The notes under the pieces are model-generated. The model searched no databases and had not been told where the DNA came from. It saw only the letters and a program-made list of their open reading frames with translations. Below are positions 61,109 to 64,000 of a stretch of 64,000 bases of DNA, one piece after another (the first letter of the stretch is position 1; the number at the start of each line of letters is the position of its first letter). Origin of the DNA: Candidatus Altimarinota bacterium (GTDB taxonomy: Bacteria > Patescibacteriota > Gracilibacteria > UBA1369 > GCA-2718715); contig JBESAV010000001.1 of assembly GCA_041242255.1 (NCBI GenBank), positions 704,001 to 768,000 of the forward strand. Reading direction: 5' to 3'. A program made the translations under genes and the position numbers.

Positions 61109-62880
61109 ATATTTTTAAACCGTATTATCAAACCAACACTCATAGAGAACAACAACAATAAAACCAAACCCGGACCAGTTTCAGATGTAGTATCTACGTC
61201 CGAAGCACCCATCAAACTTGTATTATCTGGTCTCCCAGGAGCCACAGATATAATATCACTCCCAGCTACCTCATTCCCATCCTGATCAACCGCAAATACT
61301 TGAAAATAATAATTAACCTCATTTTCTAGATTAGGCACAAACCATTCAGGATTACTTCCTATTGTATCAACAAAAGAAGTAAGAGCAGTAGGGGATTCCC
61401 CGAACTTGATAGAGTAAAACAAAACATTAACTCCTGCAGGAGCATTCCAGGTTAACCTAACACGCTTATCCAAAGACTCTCCTTGAAGACCTGTGATCTC
61501 CATACCACTACCTAGCAAACTATCATCTTCTTCTTGAACTTCACCACCAACAGTTATACTAACTCCCGTCTCTAAGGTTGAAGGATTACCAACATCATCG
61601 ACAACCATTATATTAACAGGATACTGGCCATTTGACACTGGAGCAGTAATTTGACCAGTATAAAAAGTCCCCGTTACATCTTGCTTAAACAAATCAGTAC
61701 GAACTCCATTCAGCATAACAGAAGCAGAGTTTGCATTATTATTTAACTCTAGTTCAACATCAATTAACTCAACAGGCGCTACCTCCAATTTACTTAGCTC
61801 AAAGCTTCTTATAGACACTCCACCAGTTCTAATCTCAACATTATAGACTGAACTTAAAGTTTCATTAACTCTAAACTGAAACTCATACAATCCATCCTCA
61901 AGAGCTGGGAGGAGCTCAGTAAAAGAACCGTCAACTCCTGCATCAAAACTTACAAAATCAGCTCCACCTTCTAAAACCGTTACTTCAAGACCAGGCTCTG
62001 TAGTTCCTTTAACTAAAATTCTATTTTCAGAATAAACTGTAGAAGTAGGTGATTCTATTTGTAGCAACGTTTCTTCATCATTCAAAGCATCAGTATCTAC
62101 AACCTCAACATTAAATTCAGCTGTAATATCTTCATCATCGACATCAGTGATTTTCAAAGTTTTCGTTCCAACACTATTAAATACCAACGATTCAACAAAC
62201 CTATGTCTTCCAGCATCTTGCAAAACAAAAGTATAGTCATTAGGTGTGACAGCATTTGAGTCATTCAAAGCTTCTACCTTAATTGTTCCAGTATACGATA
62301 CGTCATCTTCCTGGGCCTCATCAAGCGCTTGAACCGTAAAAGTTACAGGAGATTGAACTTCAACTACAGAAGGTAAATCTTCCACATCAAATCGATTCAT
62401 TTCTGCTTGAGCTAAGAGTATTTCATCACCACCAAAGCCAAACATATTAGCTCCCAACCATTTACTAATATCAAAATTATCTGATTCACCTGAAACAGAC
62501 TCAACAACCATAAAACCGTCTCTCAATAAGATTTCGCTGTATCTTTCACCTTGCTCAAGTAAAAACAAATCATAATTCCCAGATACATCCAAAAGTGAAC
62601 TATCCAGTCTGTAAGGTGTTAAAGATTCAATACTATCCATATCAACATCTTTAACTTTAACTAAACTAAGGTCAGGTTTTCTCAATGCTAAAAAATAATC
62701 TCCATTGTATTCTTCAGAACCCTCCCATCTCTCAAAAGAGTAAAAAGTATCTTCACCCAAAATAGTATCTACAACCTTCAACTCATACATGGAAGTAGCA
62801 AGAACAACTGAAAATGAATTAAAAAACAAAAACACAAATATAAAAAGTCCTTTTAAGCAAATCTTTTTCAAAATATACAA
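61105..62880 (-). CDS. Acidic surface protein with Ig-like/FN3 domains and C-terminal sorting signal
   Basis: Signal peptide, beta-rich domains, FN3 motif VRLTWNAP...YYFQVFAVD, C-terminal SETGP + TM + RFK. Confidence 0.7.
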   Translation of the reverse strand: MYILKKICLKGLFIFVFLFFNSFSVVLATSMYELKVVDTILGEDTFYSFERWEGSEEYNGDYFLALRKPDLSLVKVKDVDMDSIESLTPYRLDSSLLDVSGNYDLFLLEQGERYSEILLRDGFMVVESVSGESDNFDISKWLGANMFGFGGDEILLAQAEMNRFDVEDLPSVVEVQSPVTFTVQALDEAQEDDVSYTGTIKVEALNDSNAVTPNDYTFVLQDAGRHRFVESLVFNSVGTKTLKITDVDDEDITAEFNVEVVDTDALNDEETLLQIESPTSTVYSENRILVKGTTEPGLEVTVLEGGADFVSFDAGVDGSFTELLPALEDGLYEFQFRVNETLSSVYNVEIRTGGVSIRSFELSKLEVAPVELIDVELELNNNANSASVMLNGVRTDLFKQDVTGTFYTGQITAPVSNGQYPVNIMVVDDVGNPSTLETGVSITVGGEVQEEDDSLLGSGMEITGLQGESLDKRVRLTWNAPAGVNVLFYSIKFGESPTALTSFVDTIGSNPEWFVPNLENEVNYYFQVFAVDQDGNEVAGSDIISVAPGRPDNTSLMGASDVDTTSETGPGLVLLLLFSMSVGLIIRFKNI

Positions 62881-62936
62881 TCTTAAATTATGCTCAAAGT
62901 ATAGTTATTAATACTGAAATTATAACTTTATTCTTG

Positions 62937-62965
62937 TTGTCATAAGACCAGTTTAGAGTTATAAT
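62937..62965 (+). promoter_or_regulatory. sigma70-type promoter
   Basis: TTGTCA-17 nt-TATAAT upstream of the rsbW-like gene. Confidence 0.55.
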
Positions 62966-62985
62966 ATATAGATAAATCATTACTC

Positions 62986-63507
62986 ATGAACAAACAACAA
63001 ACGCCGAACACCCCAACGGAGATCAAAATTCAACTTCCTACGAATGCTTATTTTATGTCTGGAATTAGAGATTTCACCTTAGCTTTGATTCGAAATATGA
63101 CTGATTTTTCGGAAACATGGGCTTATAGATTTCAGTCAGTTGTTGATGAGTTATGCAATAATGCTATTGAACATGGTTCAGATAAAGACGATAAAATCCT
63201 CATTACATTTTTAACTAACCCAGATCAATCCATTCAAATCACAGTTGAGGATAATGGAACCAACCCAGAAGCCAAAACTGCTAAAGAAGTGCTAGAAGTT
63301 ATGAACAAAAATAAAGATAAAAAATTAACTGAACTAGGAATAAGAGGTAGGGGGCTTGCTTTCATTGTTGATAAGTGGACCGATAAACTTGAAGTTGAAG
63401 ATAGAGAAGGAGGAGGGCTTAGAGTCACAGTAACTAAAAACCTCCACGACCCAAAATTTCAAACTGAGGTAAACAATGATCCAACACATATAATCTTAAA
63501 TAATTAA
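62986..63507 (+). CDS. Anti-sigma factor serine kinase (RsbW/SpoIIAB-like HATPase)
   Basis: DELCNNAIEHG (N box), VEDNG (G1), RGRGL (G2). Confidence 0.87.
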   Translation: MNKQQTPNTPTEIKIQLPTNAYFMSGIRDFTLALIRNMTDFSETWAYRFQSVVDELCNNAIEHGSDKDDKILITFLTNPDQSIQITVEDNGTNPEAKTAKEVLEVMNKNKDKKLTELGIRGRGLAFIVDKWTDKLEVEDREGGGLRVTVTKNLHDPKFQTEVNNDPTHIILNN

Positions 63508-63508
63508 A

Positions 63509-63874
63509 ATGGCAGATATTACATATACAATTTCAGACCTAATAAGTGTCCAATCAGATAAAAAAATCAAACTCATTACATTAGAGGGACAACTTGATGA
63601 ATCAAATGTAGATGCATTTGCACCTAAAGTTTATGAAGTTATTGAAGCATTACCAGAAAACTCAAGCTTAATCATAGATTTTGAAAAAGTTTCTTATCTA
63701 AATAGTAAAAGTATTGGTTACATTTCAGACTTTTTCACACAGCTTCAAGCTAAAAACTCAAAGTTAATTCTTGCCAAACCTGCAGCAAACATAAGAGATA
63801 TCTTTAATGTTGTGGGACTTGACCAAGTTATCAGCATAACTCAAACAATAGAAGAAGCTAAAAGCCTATCTTAA
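63509..63874 (+). CDS. STAS anti-anti-sigma factor
   Basis: LEGQLD, VSYLNSKSIG, IRDIFNVVGL. Confidence 0.87.
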   Translation: MADITYTISDLISVQSDKKIKLITLEGQLDESNVDAFAPKVYEVIEALPENSSLIIDFEKVSYLNSKSIGYISDFFTQLQAKNSKLILAKPAANIRDIFNVVGLDQVISITQTIEEAKSLS

Positions 63875-64000
63875 TGCACCCAATCCTACAAAATCTACTT
63901 AGTATATTCCAAAACTTTAATACATTGAGTGTATTATTAGGTTTGTTTGCACCTCTAGTAGCTTTTTCAATTCTTCATTTCAAACTAAGAAGAGACAAAA
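63874..64000 (+). CDS. Start of a membrane protein (runs off window end)
   Basis: TAATG-coupled to the STAS gene; MHPILQNLLSIFQNFNTLSVLLGLFAPLVAFSILHFKLRRDK is open to the end of the window. Confidence 0.5.
   Translation, partial: MHPILQNLLSIFQNFNTLSVLLGLFAPLVAFSILHFKLRRDK

Overview
AT-rich bacterial chromosome segment, most likely from a Patescibacteria/CPR genome (Peregrinibacteria/Gracilibacteria-like). This is an inference from gene content: sigma-r4/wHTH protein, class I LysRS, IleRS2, short pyruvate kinase, SLH, C39 and pilus-associated proteins, and mostly SD-less leaders. It uses genetic code 11 (TGA ends valS and rlmN). The window is mainly housekeeping genes (dnaE 5' part, ppaC, tsf, rpsB, valS, dcd, lgt, pyrG, trpS, priA, secDF, pilD, ruvC, pyk, lysS, glmS, obgE, pth, rplU, 2-oxoacid oxidoreductase, rlmN, ssb, gmk, ileS, secG, rplI, murC, cysS), plus 3 tRNAs and a probable 6S-like RNA. 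No CRISPR array, IS or prophage was seen. Most interesting: (1) a PKD-7TM membrane protein translationally coupled to a three-module enzyme (ATP-grasp ligase, dead RimB-like retropepsin, MATCAP/DUF1704-like HExxxH peptidase), a candidate one-protein writer/eraser for C-terminal amino-acid tags; (2) a Trm11-like methyltransferase gene whose stop codon is nucleotides U8-A9-G10 of the downstream tRNA-Asn; (3) a split Rsb partner-switching system linked to an Npt-like transporter; (4) SecDF with inserted parvulin-like domains; (5) a mini DinB-thumb-like gene behind a promoter with a perfect palindrome in its spacer; (6) an AAA_28-like gene interrupted by a single in-frame TAG. All family calls come from reading motifs by eye, not from database searches.
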